A stretch of 64,000 bases of DNA from Candidatus Bathyarchaeota archaeon (GCA_963726255.1 CAVSBL010000002.1:480001-544000); one strand, 5' to 3'. Positions 9,609 to 19,807 are shown, counted from the stretch's first letter. The notes: generated from the letters alone by a model not told the origin. Numbers and translations are program-made.

Positions 9609-10241
9609 ATGAGCACACAGCTTATTCCACCTGAATGGGCGTGGGAGTTTCATGGACATCAGTGTCCCTTCATGCCTATCGGATACCGGATGGGCAAGCT
9701 GGCCATGCAGTACTTGGGCGTGGAACATGAAGCCGACCACGGCTTTTTCGTCTTTCCCGAACTGGGTGAAGGCCACCCGCAGACGTGTATGATGGATGGC
9801 ATGCAGGTTGCGACAGGCGCGACTTACGGCAAGTTGCTTATGGCGAAGACGTTCTACGGGAAACTAGCGGCCACCTTCTACCATAAGAAGAAGGGCGCCG
9901 TGCGCTTCTCGCTGAAACCTGAATTTGTTGACGCAATGGGGAAGTTCGAGTTCTTCGCCTACCGCAAGAAGGGAGTTGAGCCTTCTCAGATTCCACTGCC
10001 GGTGCGGCAGGAAGTAATCAACTGGGTTAACGACCAGCCTGACGATGCAATCTACAAGGTGGAGGCTAAACCGGATTTCACGTATACTCCGCCGAAAGGT
10101 TCGTTCAACAAGACCAAGTGCAATGTTTGCGGAGAATACGTGTTTGAACGATACGTTCGCTTCAAGGACGGGCAACCAGTGTGCATCCCATGTTCGGGCT
10201 TCACGGACTCAAGGCTGGGTGCCTTAAAGGGCACGCAATGA
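9609..10241 (+). CDS. FmdE/FwdE-family protein with C-terminal zinc finger
   Basis: FHGHQCP..PIGYRM, CMMDGMQVATGATYGK and C..CGE...C..C. Confidence 0.9.
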   Translation: MSTQLIPPEWAWEFHGHQCPFMPIGYRMGKLAMQYLGVEHEADHGFFVFPELGEGHPQTCMMDGMQVATGATYGKLLMAKTFYGKLAATFYHKKKGAVRFSLKPEFVDAMGKFEFFAYRKKGVEPSQIPLPVRQEVINWVNDQPDDAIYKVEAKPDFTYTPPKGSFNKTKCNVCGEYVFERYVRFKDGQPVCIPCSGFTDSRLGALKGTQ

Positions 10242-10251
10242 GACCATCGAT

Positions 10252-11025
10252 ATGAGCATCACACTTCTACTTGTGGTCACCATTGTCTTTGTCTTTTTGA
10301 TAGGTTTCGTATTCTCGATGTTCGGGCAGGGTGGAGGGTCGGTATACTCCCCGACGATGTTCCTGCTTGGTTACGCAGTGTTGCTTGCTACGTCCACTTC
10401 CCTAGTGTTGAACCTAATAACATCGGTCTCTGCGGGCTACATTTTCTACCGTAACAAGATGATTGACTTCAAAACGTCCCTCATATTCGTGCCGGGTATC
10501 TGCATCGGCGCCCTGCTAGGAGGAGCTCTGGGCAATTTTGTCGATACACACATCTTGCTGTGGCTGTTCGTCTTTTTCCTGGTTGGTGTCGGAGCTAGGT
10601 CTATCTACACCTATTGGGAAAGGGCGCAGGCCGAGAGAGATCAGCCTCCAACAGACTTCTCCGCCGCCATGTACGTGCTCATCTTGTCCGTCAGTTTCGT
10701 CGTAGGATTTATCTCCGGCCTGCTGGGGGTCGGCGGCGGCATACTCATCGTTCCTTTCATGGTCTTCGTTTGTAAGTATCCAGCGAAGTGGGCGGCTGGA
10801 TCTTCACATCTGATTATATCCTTCTCAGCACTTTTCGGAATAATAGGTCATTCGGCATTTGGCAGTCTCGATCTTCCATTGATTGCGGCGACTGGTGTGG
10901 CCGTTCTCATTGGTGGAAATCTAGGGGCGAGAACCAGCATGAAGTTCAAATCTGGAGCGATAAAGGCCGGGCTGGGTCTTATAATGTGGGCGCTTGCCGC
11001 CCAGCTCCTAGTGAAGCTCCTATGA
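10252..11025 (+). CDS. TauE/SafE (TSUP) sulfite exporter family membrane protein
   Basis: Two repeats G(Q/V)GGG...P and about 8 TM segments. Confidence 0.9.
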   Translation: MSITLLLVVTIVFVFLIGFVFSMFGQGGGSVYSPTMFLLGYAVLLATSTSLVLNLITSVSAGYIFYRNKMIDFKTSLIFVPGICIGALLGGALGNFVDTHILLWLFVFFLVGVGARSIYTYWERAQAERDQPPTDFSAAMYVLILSVSFVVGFISGLLGVGGGILIVPFMVFVCKYPAKWAAGSSHLIISFSALFGIIGHSAFGSLDLPLIAATGVAVLIGGNLGARTSMKFKSGAIKAGLGLIMWALAAQLLVKLL

Positions 11026-11229
11026 TACATGGAGGGGTACATGAAGCGAGGATGGATCACATTGCTAGGTCTGTCAGGACGTTTGCGGGAACCTGATTGC
11101 TGAGCGGCGCCATCCAGAAGAAACCGACGATCGTTCCGGGAAGGAAGATAGAGGCGAACTTGAAATCCACAAGTTTGTTCCGTGCGAACACGACCGTGGC
11201 AGTAAATTCTTCCCGTACTGGCTGTTGTG

Positions 11230-11430
11230 TTACTCAGGGTTTTCTCGTCTTTCGCGCCATAGTTTCGTCTCATCTTGAGCAAGCCCTTCGTGGCGGTGCT
11301 CCCCAGCCATATGCTTGGGGTAATCATCCTCGCAAAATAGTTGACCGCAGTACGGACATTTCTTGAGCTTCTCGAGCGGAAATTCTTTCCCGCACATTGC
11401 ACATTTAGGCAATATCCAATCCCACACCAA
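11230..11430 (-). CDS. AN1-like zinc-finger small protein
   Basis: CAMC...KCPYCGQLFCED...H...H. Confidence 0.65.
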   Translation of the reverse strand: MVWDWILPKCAMCGKEFPLEKLKKCPYCGQLFCEDDYPKHMAGEHRHEGLAQDETKLWRERRENPE

Positions 11431-11532
11431 TGCGTGGTACCCACATTAGAAGGAAACGGTAGAAAAGCATCGCGTGTGCAAGTCTTTGTCGGGAACTGCG
11501 TTGAGCGTTTCATGTCCTATTGCGAGGGATAA

Positions 11533-11718
11533 TTATCGGACTCTGATTGCGTATCTACCGGGTTTAGTGATGCCTAGTTTCTTCGCAACTTCGGACGCAG
11601 CCGGGTCGATTATAACGATTAGGCCACTCCAGTCATCGCTTAGGTCCGTTGAACCACAGTTGGGGCAAACGGGCCCATTGCTTATGAATTTGCAGTTTCT
11701 GCAGGCTTTTTCAGTCAA
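11533..11718 (-). CDS. spt4: transcription elongation factor Spt4 (RpoE'')
   Basis: KACRNCK...CPNCGS..LSDDWSGLIVIIDP..SEVAK.LGI..PGRYA. Confidence 0.95.
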   Translation of the reverse strand: MTEKACRNCKFISNGPVCPNCGSTDLSDDWSGLIVIIDPAASEVAKKLGITKPGRYAIRVR

Positions 11719-12051
11719 GTAATATTCTCTTCTCAGCCAGACTTTCCTAAATCAGCATGCGACAATCCAATCGAGGTGGGATTGAGATTAAACTGCCGCA
11801 TCCCTACAACTGTCCAGAGACAATTGCAAAGTGCTCTTATTAGCATGACGTGTCTGGTTAATTCTCGGCAGAATAACTGTGGGATACGGAAAAAACAATG
11901 CATTGGCCATAATTCCTGTCAGGCCCGATTTTGTTACTGGGCAATCTTCCAATTCACGGTTACGGTTTCGTTGGAGAAACTCACAACATACCGGTACAGA
12001 ACACATGACGTGATCCTGTACCGGAATAGGGCGCACCGATCCTTGCGCGCC

Positions 12052-12414
12052 ATGGAGATTCAGCTGAAACCAGACCGATATCCCACATTGCCCAGCCGCC
12101 GTTTCGTCATGCCCTGCCGCCCCGTCTGCGGCTTAGATCTTAGACGCGTTCACTTCACATGCCTCCACTGCAGAATCAGAAGAATTCACTCGGGAAAGAT
12201 CCCACCCCTCAACGAACTCGAGGATACGCACACGATCTTGGTTCCGAGGGACGACCTGCTTTGGCCTTACACGATTTACATCTTCAAGAATCAGAAGCTT
12301 GCCGCAATTAAACGGGTTCTGTTGAAACAGTTCATTAGAACCGCGGTAGCTCAGGTCCGAAATGGACGTCTCTTGAAGCGTATTCTCACAGGGTGTGAGT
12401 TTATCGCCAACTAA
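12052..12414 (+). CDS. hypothetical protein
   Basis: Open frame from an ATG with Cys pairs (CRPVC, CLHC). No family recognised. Confidence 0.3.
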   Translation: MEIQLKPDRYPTLPSRRFVMPCRPVCGLDLRRVHFTCLHCRIRRIHSGKIPPLNELEDTHTILVPRDDLLWPYTIYIFKNQKLAAIKRVLLKQFIRTAVAQVRNGRLLKRILTGCEFIAN

Positions 12415-12419
12415 CGGAG

Positions 12420-12662
12420 GTGGAGACACGCAGATCAAGGAATACACTGTCACTAGCAGAATACCACGCTGAGTATGCTTCCCCATCTGACCTTCTTCAA
12501 TATGAAAACGAGGTGGGTCGAACTTTCAATCTTCCACTGTCAGGATTCTGTATCTACAACGCTCGTAGGCTCGTCGACCTTGGCCTACACGAACTTCTGT
12601 TCAGTCTGTTCAAGCCGCATGGCCAAATCATCGCTAAGGGCCTAGCATCCTCTCAAGGCTAG
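12420..12662 (+). pseudogene. MEDS-domain C-terminal remnant
   Basis: LLQYENEVGRTF.LPLSGFCIYN...H..II resembles the C-terminal half of archaeal MEDS sensors. Confidence 0.4.
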
Positions 12663-12728
12663 ATGCCTTTGACCGAAAGAAGGTAGAAAATTTCGTGTGT
12701 GTGCCCCTAACGGTGCGGGGAGCGAAAG

Positions 12729-13265
12729 TTGAACCGTCGTCCGTTTGGCTTCGTGTGCGTGGGTCTAATGGTGCTCGCCGCACACGAGTCAGGTTTTGTT
12801 TCCTTCGACATTGACGTGTTCCAGTTGATACTCAGGAGCATACGTGACAAGGCAAGCGGCTTGGACATAGCGTTGAACTACGCTTTCAGCCGATTCTTTG
12901 AGGAAGAAATCAACGACGCAACCGCGAAGATCATGGGCGGCATGCCCCAATACCGAAAATCCCTAACCGAGGCCATGGAACTCACACATGCCCCACACGA
13001 GAAAATTAACGAGGATTGGAGTGATGACATGATAACGTGGCGCTCGAGACGATACTACATGTTCCTCAAGAATTTACGGGCCATACTACTAAAACAACCT
13101 GAACACGTGAAAGTGTACCTAAAAGAAAGACCATGGTTACGCCGGTCCAAAGAAAGCGTGAATGGCCCCATCGTTCTCATAGAACGAATTCTAGCGGAGA
13201 AGTATCCGCACGAGGCGGCTGGACTCGAACTCAAGCACGTACTGAGACGGGGAGAGAAACCTTAG
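12729..13265 (+). CDS. hypothetical helical protein
   Basis: 178-aa open frame with protein-like composition. The start is uncertain. Confidence 0.5.
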   Translation: MNRRPFGFVCVGLMVLAAHESGFVSFDIDVFQLILRSIRDKASGLDIALNYAFSRFFEEEINDATAKIMGGMPQYRKSLTEAMELTHAPHEKINEDWSDDMITWRSRRYYMFLKNLRAILLKQPEHVKVYLKERPWLRRSKESVNGPIVLIERILAEKYPHEAAGLELKHVLRRGEKP

Positions 13266-13748
13266 AACGCGAGAGGTTCGAGTTACAATTACCTTTCGTC
13301 TTTAACGGGTTCTTGGTTTAGGCGGGTTGACGGCGTCCTCGAAACCCTTCAGTCCGAGGCCGGCTAGGAACGATTCTGCAATCAACGCGTTTGACGGGAG
13401 AATTGCATAGTCTCGCAATTACCTCCACACTTGCACCTGGGCGCTGCTTCAACTCGGAGGATCAACTTCCTAGCAACCGTCAACATAGAATCCAACACAG
13501 TGTCCCCACCAGGCGTCAAACTGACCGCGCAGAGATTCACATGTCTAATGCAATCATAAGAACCACGGTGACGAAAACCGGTCACCCAGAAACCCCAAGG
13601 AAAGTAAAGTACTTGTGGTCCATGATGACAGTTGCCAGTGACTCATTTGCGCGCCTTTGCCTGCATTTTCATTCTACACTCTCGACGAAGATGAACGCTT
13701 TTCCTCTATAACAGGGTCTAAACAGGGCATTTTGTTGAGGCTTGGACT

Positions 13749-14099
13749 GTGGGTCGAACTATACCTTCTTGGCGTATGGTCGTCGTCGGAGAGCTTGAGA
13801 GGTTGAAGAGATTTCGCCAGTTTCCAAGGTCCGAGGACAAGGAGATCTTCGACGACCTCCTCAATCGATGCAGGTTGTATGCTTCATACGGTAGCACGAT
13901 GGCTTTACCCGTGAAGGAGATTCCACGCTTAATGCCAGTGCTGTTCGGCCAACACAAGCGACTTGGATTTGGAAAGAAGCATCAAATCGATGGAATCATA
14001 AGGTGGCGCGATTTGCGGCAGGATGGCGTCCTTAGGCTGCCCCGATCTGAGAGTACCCTCAACCTGTTTAGGATTGGAATCTTCTTAAGCATAGCTTGA
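13749..14099 (+). pseudogene. small helical protein of the type usually encoded beside PolB2 (MGRT.PS family)
   Basis: MGRTIPSWR...E..RL..FR...R.EDKEIFDDL...R.YA...P. The C-terminus appears read-through or decayed. Confidence 0.55.
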
Positions 14100-14166
14100 G
14101 CATAGCTTAACCAACCCTTCGGGAGCTTGGTGAGGAAAAAAGCGGTTTTGAAAGTGAGCTTGTGTC

Positions 14167-14592
14167 GTGCCAAGACTTGCATTACCTGACAAAGAAACTT
14201 CCAGTCGGATGAGAAAGGTAAGGAGCCGAGGTACCGGTCTTGAGAAAGCAATGCAAGAAATTCTCGAGAGTATAAGCGTGGAATACGAGGCACAACCTAA
14301 TCTGGTTGGGCATCCAGACTTTAGAATAAAGGGAGAAAGAGTTCTGGTCTTTTGCGACAGCTCATTTTGGCACGGCAGACGAAAGGAAGACGTCAGCGGT
14401 CTGACTTTTCACAGAAATAAGGCATTTTGGTCGCGGAAACTTGCCGCTACCAGACGACGAGATCGCATTCTCACTCGAAGGCTAATTGAAGATGGATGGA
14501 CGGTGTTGCGTTTCTGGGATTCAGAGATTCTTCAACGAAGGGATTTTGTTAGAAACAGGCTGAGGAGAGCAGTGCATGCAGAAAACCACTAA
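14167..14592 (+). CDS. vsr: very-short-patch repair endonuclease
   Basis: MRKVRSRGT..E, GHPDF, FCDSSFWHG, W..K...RD and GW.VLRFW. Confidence 0.93.
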   Translation: MPRLALPDKETSSRMRKVRSRGTGLEKAMQEILESISVEYEAQPNLVGHPDFRIKGERVLVFCDSSFWHGRRKEDVSGLTFHRNKAFWSRKLAATRRRDRILTRRLIEDGWTVLRFWDSEILQRRDFVRNRLRRAVHAENH

Positions 14593-15676
14593 ACCGCTTA
14601 CCGCAGTTGATGTGTTTTGCGGAGCAGGTGGCTTAACGCTTGGCTTGAAGCAAGCAGGTTTCCACGTAGTGGCTGGGGTCGAGATCAACAAGGAATATGC
14701 GAAAACGTACCTGGCGAATCATCCAGAAGTGAAAGTCTTTACACGAGACGTAAGAGAGGTTAAGGGCAAAGAGATTCTTGAAGCCACTGGGGTCGATTCC
14801 GTAGACCTTCTCGCGGGGTGCCCGCCATGCGAAGGATTCTCGAAACTTACTGACAAGTATCACAGGGATGACCCGAGAAACGAACTTGTTCTAGAGATGG
14901 CTCGGCTAATAGAAGAAATCAAACCCAAAGCTGTGATGATGGAAAATGTAGCGGGTCTAGCTAGAAGGGGAAAGCCGAAACTGGATCAATTCGTAAGGAA
15001 GCTTACCTCATTAGGATATTCTGTGAATTATGACGTGCTGCAATTGGCGAACTACGGTGTTCCGCAATCGCGTCGCAGACTTGTCTTGTTCGCAGGCATG
15101 GGATTCGTGATATTGCCACCAAAGAAAACCAGAGCTTACCGAGAAGATCGTGCCAAGGGGCTGAAACGTTGGATGTGGCTTGAAGATTTCTTGCCCAACC
15201 TTGGAAGGCCAGTAACGCTTTCGAAAGCAATGAAGAACGGTGGGCCGAGAAGGTTCAATTGGCATGTGGTGAGAGACATTGAGGAGATGACGAAAAAGCG
15301 GCTGAGAGCAGTCAAGACTGGCCGTGCTAGAGATTCGCTTCCAAAGGATCTGAGACCTGAGTGCCACACGGATTCGTCTTACGATGGATTCGGAAACGTC
15401 TATGGAAGACTTTCATGGAAGAGCACGCCACCGACGATCACAGGCGGATGTACCACCTTTTGCAAGGGGAGGTTCGGTCACCCAACGCAGTTGAGAACCA
15501 TTTCAGTGCGAGAAGCCGCCCTAATACAGACCTTCCCTCGCACGTATAAGCTCGAGACGGACTGCATGGACATGGTCTGCGATTTAGTCGGCAATGCTTT
15601 CCCTCCGAAGTTCGCGAAGCTTGCTGCAATCGAGTGTTTGAACGTGATTCAAAGTCAGGAGAGGCCTATTCGATGA
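14576..15676 (+). CDS. dcm: C5 DNA cytosine methyltransferase
   Basis: DVFCGAGG (motif I), PPCEGFS (IV), MENV (VI), PQSRRR (VIII), REAALIQTFP and GNA (IX/X). Confidence 0.96.
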   Translation: MQKTTKPLTAVDVFCGAGGLTLGLKQAGFHVVAGVEINKEYAKTYLANHPEVKVFTRDVREVKGKEILEATGVDSVDLLAGCPPCEGFSKLTDKYHRDDPRNELVLEMARLIEEIKPKAVMMENVAGLARRGKPKLDQFVRKLTSLGYSVNYDVLQLANYGVPQSRRRLVLFAGMGFVILPPKKTRAYREDRAKGLKRWMWLEDFLPNLGRPVTLSKAMKNGGPRRFNWHVVRDIEEMTKKRLRAVKTGRARDSLPKDLRPECHTDSSYDGFGNVYGRLSWKSTPPTITGGCTTFCKGRFGHPTQLRTISVREAALIQTFPRTYKLETDCMDMVCDLVGNAFPPKFAKLAAIECLNVIQSQERPIR

Positions 15677-17559
15677 TTCGAAAATTCACCATGGAATTCG
15701 AACCTGCCACAATAGAGCATTTGGGCTTGAAGCTGTACGTTTCACTACCACCCGTAATTGGTGAATTGGTATCCAATGCGTGGGATGCTGATGCGGAAAA
15801 AGTCGAAGTGAGTTTTCCAAGCGGACCTTTGAACGCAGAATCCGAGGTAATCGTACAAGATTTCGGATCTGGAATGGACGCAGATGAGTTGCAAGACGCC
15901 TATTTGAAAATAGGCAGAAACCGCAGAGAAGTCGACGGATTCGAAATTACTAAGAAATTCAATCGCCCCATAATGGGTCGGAAAGGAATCGGCAAGCTTT
16001 CGGTATTTGGCGTGGCTTCAGAACTTGAGATAAGGAGCATCAAGAATCACAACGCGACTTGTCTGCGGCTGAACTACGATAATATGAAATCTTGGCCGAG
16101 AGGAACGCCGTACGAACCCAAAGTCGTGGAGTCTAGAACTGGTCCGACCGACGAAACAAATGGAACCGAGATCAGAATTAGGGAGCTCCACAGAAAGAAA
16201 GCTATCGAGGCTGACTGGATCCGTCGAGAGCTGGCTAGACGCTACACAGTCATCGGAAACGATTTCAAGGTTTTAGTGAACGGCACCGAGATAACCCCTA
16301 AGGACAGACGACTGCAAGAGGACTGCAGGAAATCTTGGGATGTCGCAGATATCAAAGGAGGCAACGTGATAGACGAATCGGCGGGTTGGAAAGTCGATGG
16401 GTGGATTGGCCTGGTGGCAAAGTCGTCGCAAGTCGATAGAGGAGTTGATGTTTTTGCCAGAGGAAAGGCTGTTGAACTTGAGACGATGTTTGGACTCAAG
16501 ACGACTACGATTCAATTTGCTAGGGCATACGTGGTGGGTGAAATAACTGCAGACTTCCTGGACGCAGCCGAAGACGACATTGCGACAGGAAGAAACTTGG
16601 TTCATTGGGAGTCGGATCGAGGCCAGAAGCTTGCCATTTGGGGGCAGACGGCCCTGAAGTGGGTTTTCAACCAGTGGCTTGACTTGCAACATAAGGAGAA
16701 AGAGGAGAGAGTCATCAGAATAGCTGGATTCAGAGAATGGATGTCTACGAGGACCCCGCGGGAGCAGAAAGTCGCTCAAAAGTTGGTTAATGCAATAGTG
16801 AATGATGAGAACATCGAACCAGAATCAGCTGGGCCGCTCCTCGAAATAGTCAAGACGAATGTGGAGTTTCAAGCCTTTCAGGAATTGGTAGACGAGATTG
16901 AGGAATCCGGAGCCAATGTAGCGACACTGCTCAAGTTATTCCAGGACTGGCGCGTTATCGAGGCCCGTGAATACTTACGACTTGCCGATGGACGACTGGA
17001 GATAATGGAGAAACTCTCCGAACACATCGAAAAGGGCGCAATGGAAGTCAAACAGATTCAGCCCCTGTTCGAAGAGCACGGCTGGCTGGTCGACCCAAGC
17101 TGGAAAAACGTTTCCGGTCAAACGCGATATACAAAGCTCTTGCGGGAGAACTGCGCAGAGCCCAAGGCGCTCGACGAAAAAGACAGAAGGATAGACATTC
17201 TAGGGTACTCTGTGAGCGGTATTCTACATGTCGTGGAATTGAAACGTCCGGATAAAACGCTGGCTCGCGAGGATTTGGAACAGGTTGAGAGATACGTTGA
17301 TTGGGCAAGAGCGAACCTCCTTGGTACGGGCGAAGGAACACCCAACTATGCTCGTGGGTTATTGATTGTCGGGAGATTGAGCAAGGATGCTGCAATTCAA
17401 AGAAAGATGGAAAGACTCGCGGGAGACCACATTTTGGTAGATACTTTCGATGGGCTTCTGGACAGAGCCGAGAAGATCTACGGATTGGACGAACAGACGT
17501 TGCGAAATATAGCCCCAGAATACTCGAAACAAGCTAGAAGAGCTAGGGCAAAAAACTAG
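15673..17559 (+). CDS. MORC/GHKL ATPase with C-terminal PD-(D/E)xK endonuclease domain
   Basis: ELVSNAWDA, DFGSGM, GRKGIGKLS and GT GHKL motifs, plus C-terminal RRIDIL...VVELK...Q..RY. Its ATG overlaps the dcm stop (ATGA). Confidence 0.85.
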   Translation: MIRKFTMEFEPATIEHLGLKLYVSLPPVIGELVSNAWDADAEKVEVSFPSGPLNAESEVIVQDFGSGMDADELQDAYLKIGRNRREVDGFEITKKFNRPIMGRKGIGKLSVFGVASELEIRSIKNHNATCLRLNYDNMKSWPRGTPYEPKVVESRTGPTDETNGTEIRIRELHRKKAIEADWIRRELARRYTVIGNDFKVLVNGTEITPKDRRLQEDCRKSWDVADIKGGNVIDESAGWKVDGWIGLVAKSSQVDRGVDVFARGKAVELETMFGLKTTTIQFARAYVVGEITADFLDAAEDDIATGRNLVHWESDRGQKLAIWGQTALKWVFNQWLDLQHKEKEERVIRIAGFREWMSTRTPREQKVAQKLVNAIVNDENIEPESAGPLLEIVKTNVEFQAFQELVDEIEESGANVATLLKLFQDWRVIEAREYLRLADGRLEIMEKLSEHIEKGAMEVKQIQPLFEEHGWLVDPSWKNVSGQTRYTKLLRENCAEPKALDEKDRRIDILGYSVSGILHVVELKRPDKTLAREDLEQVERYVDWARANLLGTGEGTPNYARGLLIVGRLSKDAAIQRKMERLAGDHILVDTFDGLLDRAEKIYGLDEQTLRNIAPEYSKQARRARAKN

Positions 17560-17569
17560 TGGCGTAGAG

Positions 17570-18004
17570 TTGCTCGTGAAGACCGTCGGTCAAGGTCCAC
17601 CGAAGTACCCGAAGAAGGTCCCTCTGGTTTCGTTTCGCCAGAGGGTACCGCATCTGGAAGTGTTTGAACTGAGGGCTAGACCAAACTTCACGCCCTTAGA
17701 CTTCAACATTTTCGCGTTCACGCAAAATCTAGACTGGTCGCTGTCCGACAGGTTCAGGTTTTGGCATGTGCTTGCGGAAGACAAGAGTCTGTCAGGTTCA
17801 CTCAGCGTCTCTAGCTTTCCGCTACACTTGACCCTTCACAGGCTCGACAAGGAAGCGGATGCGTTCTGCCGGTGTATAGTAAACATTGACGGTGAGGTCG
17901 TGGTATGGAGCAATGACGGCGATTATGCCGAGAACTTCTTTGACGAACTATTCGTCAATGTGCCTCCCTCTTTTCACGGGATCACAGATTGGAAAAGCAC
18001 CTGA
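17570..18004 (+). CDS. hypothetical protein in the R-M operon
   Basis: 144-aa ORF 10 nt after the MORC gene on the same strand. Confidence 0.5.
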   Translation: MLVKTVGQGPPKYPKKVPLVSFRQRVPHLEVFELRARPNFTPLDFNIFAFTQNLDWSLSDRFRFWHVLAEDKSLSGSLSVSSFPLHLTLHRLDKEADAFCRCIVNIDGEVVVWSNDGDYAENFFDELFVNVPPSFHGITDWKST

Positions 18005-18147
18005 GGTTGGGTAGATTCGAGTCATGTAATAGAAATGTTTCGTGCTTCCTTAGATAGCGCCATCGGTTGGACCAATAGGATCCCTTCCGCAATAAATCGG
18101 TCGGTAGAAGAAGCCAAAGCTATGAGCTGAAGAATTGGAAGGTCCCA

Positions 18148-18426
18148 GCAGAAGAGAAGATAGCGCAGGCAATGAACCGCCAGTTTGTGGTGATGGCTGG
18201 ATATTCGTCCGAAGAGCTCGAAAGAATGGGTGATCTGTCGCAGAAGCCGGTCGAGGAGATTCAGGAGCTGATACGGAGGAAGAGCATGGAATCATTGGGA
18301 CTAAACGGAAACGGGAAGCAGAAGATTGTCTCAATGAATGACGTAAGGACTTGGATCCTTCGGGGCTGGGAGTATGTCAACGAGCTGCCGAACGGGGAAG
18401 TGATCATCAGGCTACCAACAGGCTAA
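18148..18426 (+). pseudogene. C-terminal remnant of an archaeal tyrosine integrase-like protein
   Basis: RQFVVMAGYSSEEL...NGKQKIV...GWEYVNELPNGEVIIRLP resembles tails of archaeal site-specific integrases (recognised from memory). The catalytic domain is absent. Confidence 0.5.
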
Positions 18427-18463
18427 TTCCGGCACATGCGCTCGCCAGGTAGTTGGGACTCGC

Positions 18464-19807
18464 TTAGTTGTTGAAGCGCAGGCGCAAGTCATTGTATCGA
18501 TCAGCGATGAGGCTGACTGGGTCGTAATCGGTTTCTCTTAGTGACATCATCTCTATCAAGTCCTCATCCTGCAGTAGCAGGATCACCTTTCCATTCTTGT
18601 ATTGGCTAATTTGCTCTCTGTATGCCGACTCAGCAGGTGGGAGCCGGCTCACGAGTAAGGCAAGCATTCCGACGCCCCTTTCATCAAGATATCTTGACAC
18701 GGCATTCACTTCCACTTCTGTTATCGGCGTCGAGTAGTTCTTGGCGTCCACGACGATGTACCACAGCTTGCATAGCTTTTTCATATACTTGAGAAATCCT
18801 GCACTGCCGGCTGGAACTTCAAGTACTATATCACGCTCATGCCCGTCAAGGGTTCTGGGTTTCATTCGCGGGGTCTTTAGAGGTGGGCAGAGCGCGTGAC
18901 CGAGAGCCTTTGCAACTATGAGTTCAAAATCGGAGCAGTGTTCTTGGCCGGGTCTGCAGTTGAACAGGGCCACAGCTATCTCTTGTCCTTTCGTCCTAAG
19001 GTCAGCGAAATCCTCAAGAAGCTTCTGGTTCTTCATCAGGCGCTTTTGTATAATCTTTGAAAGTTTATGTAGCGTATGTGAATCGAGGGATGCCACACCG
19101 GAAACTATGTGATCGAAGAGTTCTGCTACGTTCGGGGCTTCTTGGATGAAATTCTGATATCGTGACGATACTGTCTGTTGATTGTTTCCCTTGCGATACT
19201 CTGTGCCGTGGCCCGTGTCTCGGGGATCGATTGCTCCCGATTCAGAGTCCTCTATTAGAGCCTTCGGAAGTTCCTGAGCGTACGGATTAATGATGGACTT
19301 CCTAACCTCTCCGAACTCGGTTTTGCTTTTCTCGGTGGCTGGATATACAACCCAACTCATCGGATGAGTCAGGCACCTCCCGATGTTAGTGTTCACGACT
19401 AACAGCGCATTCTTCAGCTCATGTTGGCTACGAAAGGCTCGCCTCTCGACCAGCTTGCTGAGAACTAGGTCCGGGCCTATCATGCCATTCGAACCGATGA
19501 CATCAGCAATGCACAGGAGATTCATCCATTCACTTTTAGGATGTTTCTCAAGAAGTTCGTTGAACAGTCGTAGTCGTTTCTCTGGCTCCAGTTTTGGGTC
19601 AAAGATTGCTCTGACGGTTTCTACCATTTCATCCGTAACGGAAGTGGGGATCGACCGCACATATTGAAGTTCATTAGAGCTAAGCGCTTGCTCAACCGGT
19701 ACAATATATTTGACTAGAGATCCGCCAGTCAATTCCGGATTATTGTTGACAAGGGGGGAGCGCACTGGACGCCCGAGTCCATTTGACGACGGACGGACAG
19801 ATTCCAT
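18464..19807 (-). CDS. restriction-endonuclease-like protein (C-terminal Mrr-like PD-(D/E)xK domain)
   Basis: FELIV...ERDIV...IVVDAKNY...V..YL...G.LALLVSR. The N-terminal region is unrecognised. Confidence 0.7.
   Translation of the reverse strand: MESVRPSSNGLGRPVRSPLVNNNPELTGGSLVKYIVPVEQALSSNELQYVRSIPTSVTDEMVETVRAIFDPKLEPEKRLRLFNELLEKHPKSEWMNLLCIADVIGSNGMIGPDLVLSKLVERRAFRSQHELKNALLVVNTNIGRCLTHPMSWVVYPATEKSKTEFGEVRKSIINPYAQELPKALIEDSESGAIDPRDTGHGTEYRKGNNQQTVSSRYQNFIQEAPNVAELFDHIVSGVASLDSHTLHKLSKIIQKRLMKNQKLLEDFADLRTKGQEIAVALFNCRPGQEHCSDFELIVAKALGHALCPPLKTPRMKPRTLDGHERDIVLEVPAGSAGFLKYMKKLCKLWYIVVDAKNYSTPITEVEVNAVSRYLDERGVGMLALLVSRLPPAESAYREQISQYKNGKVILLLQDEDLIEMMSLRETDYDPVSLIADRYNDLRLRFNN

Noticed and set aside
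12711-12736. Possible att copy of the tRNA-Gly 3' end (GGTGCGG...TTGAACC)
   Set aside because: Only 7 contiguous bases match and the T-stem does not pair, which is too weak to define the island boundary.
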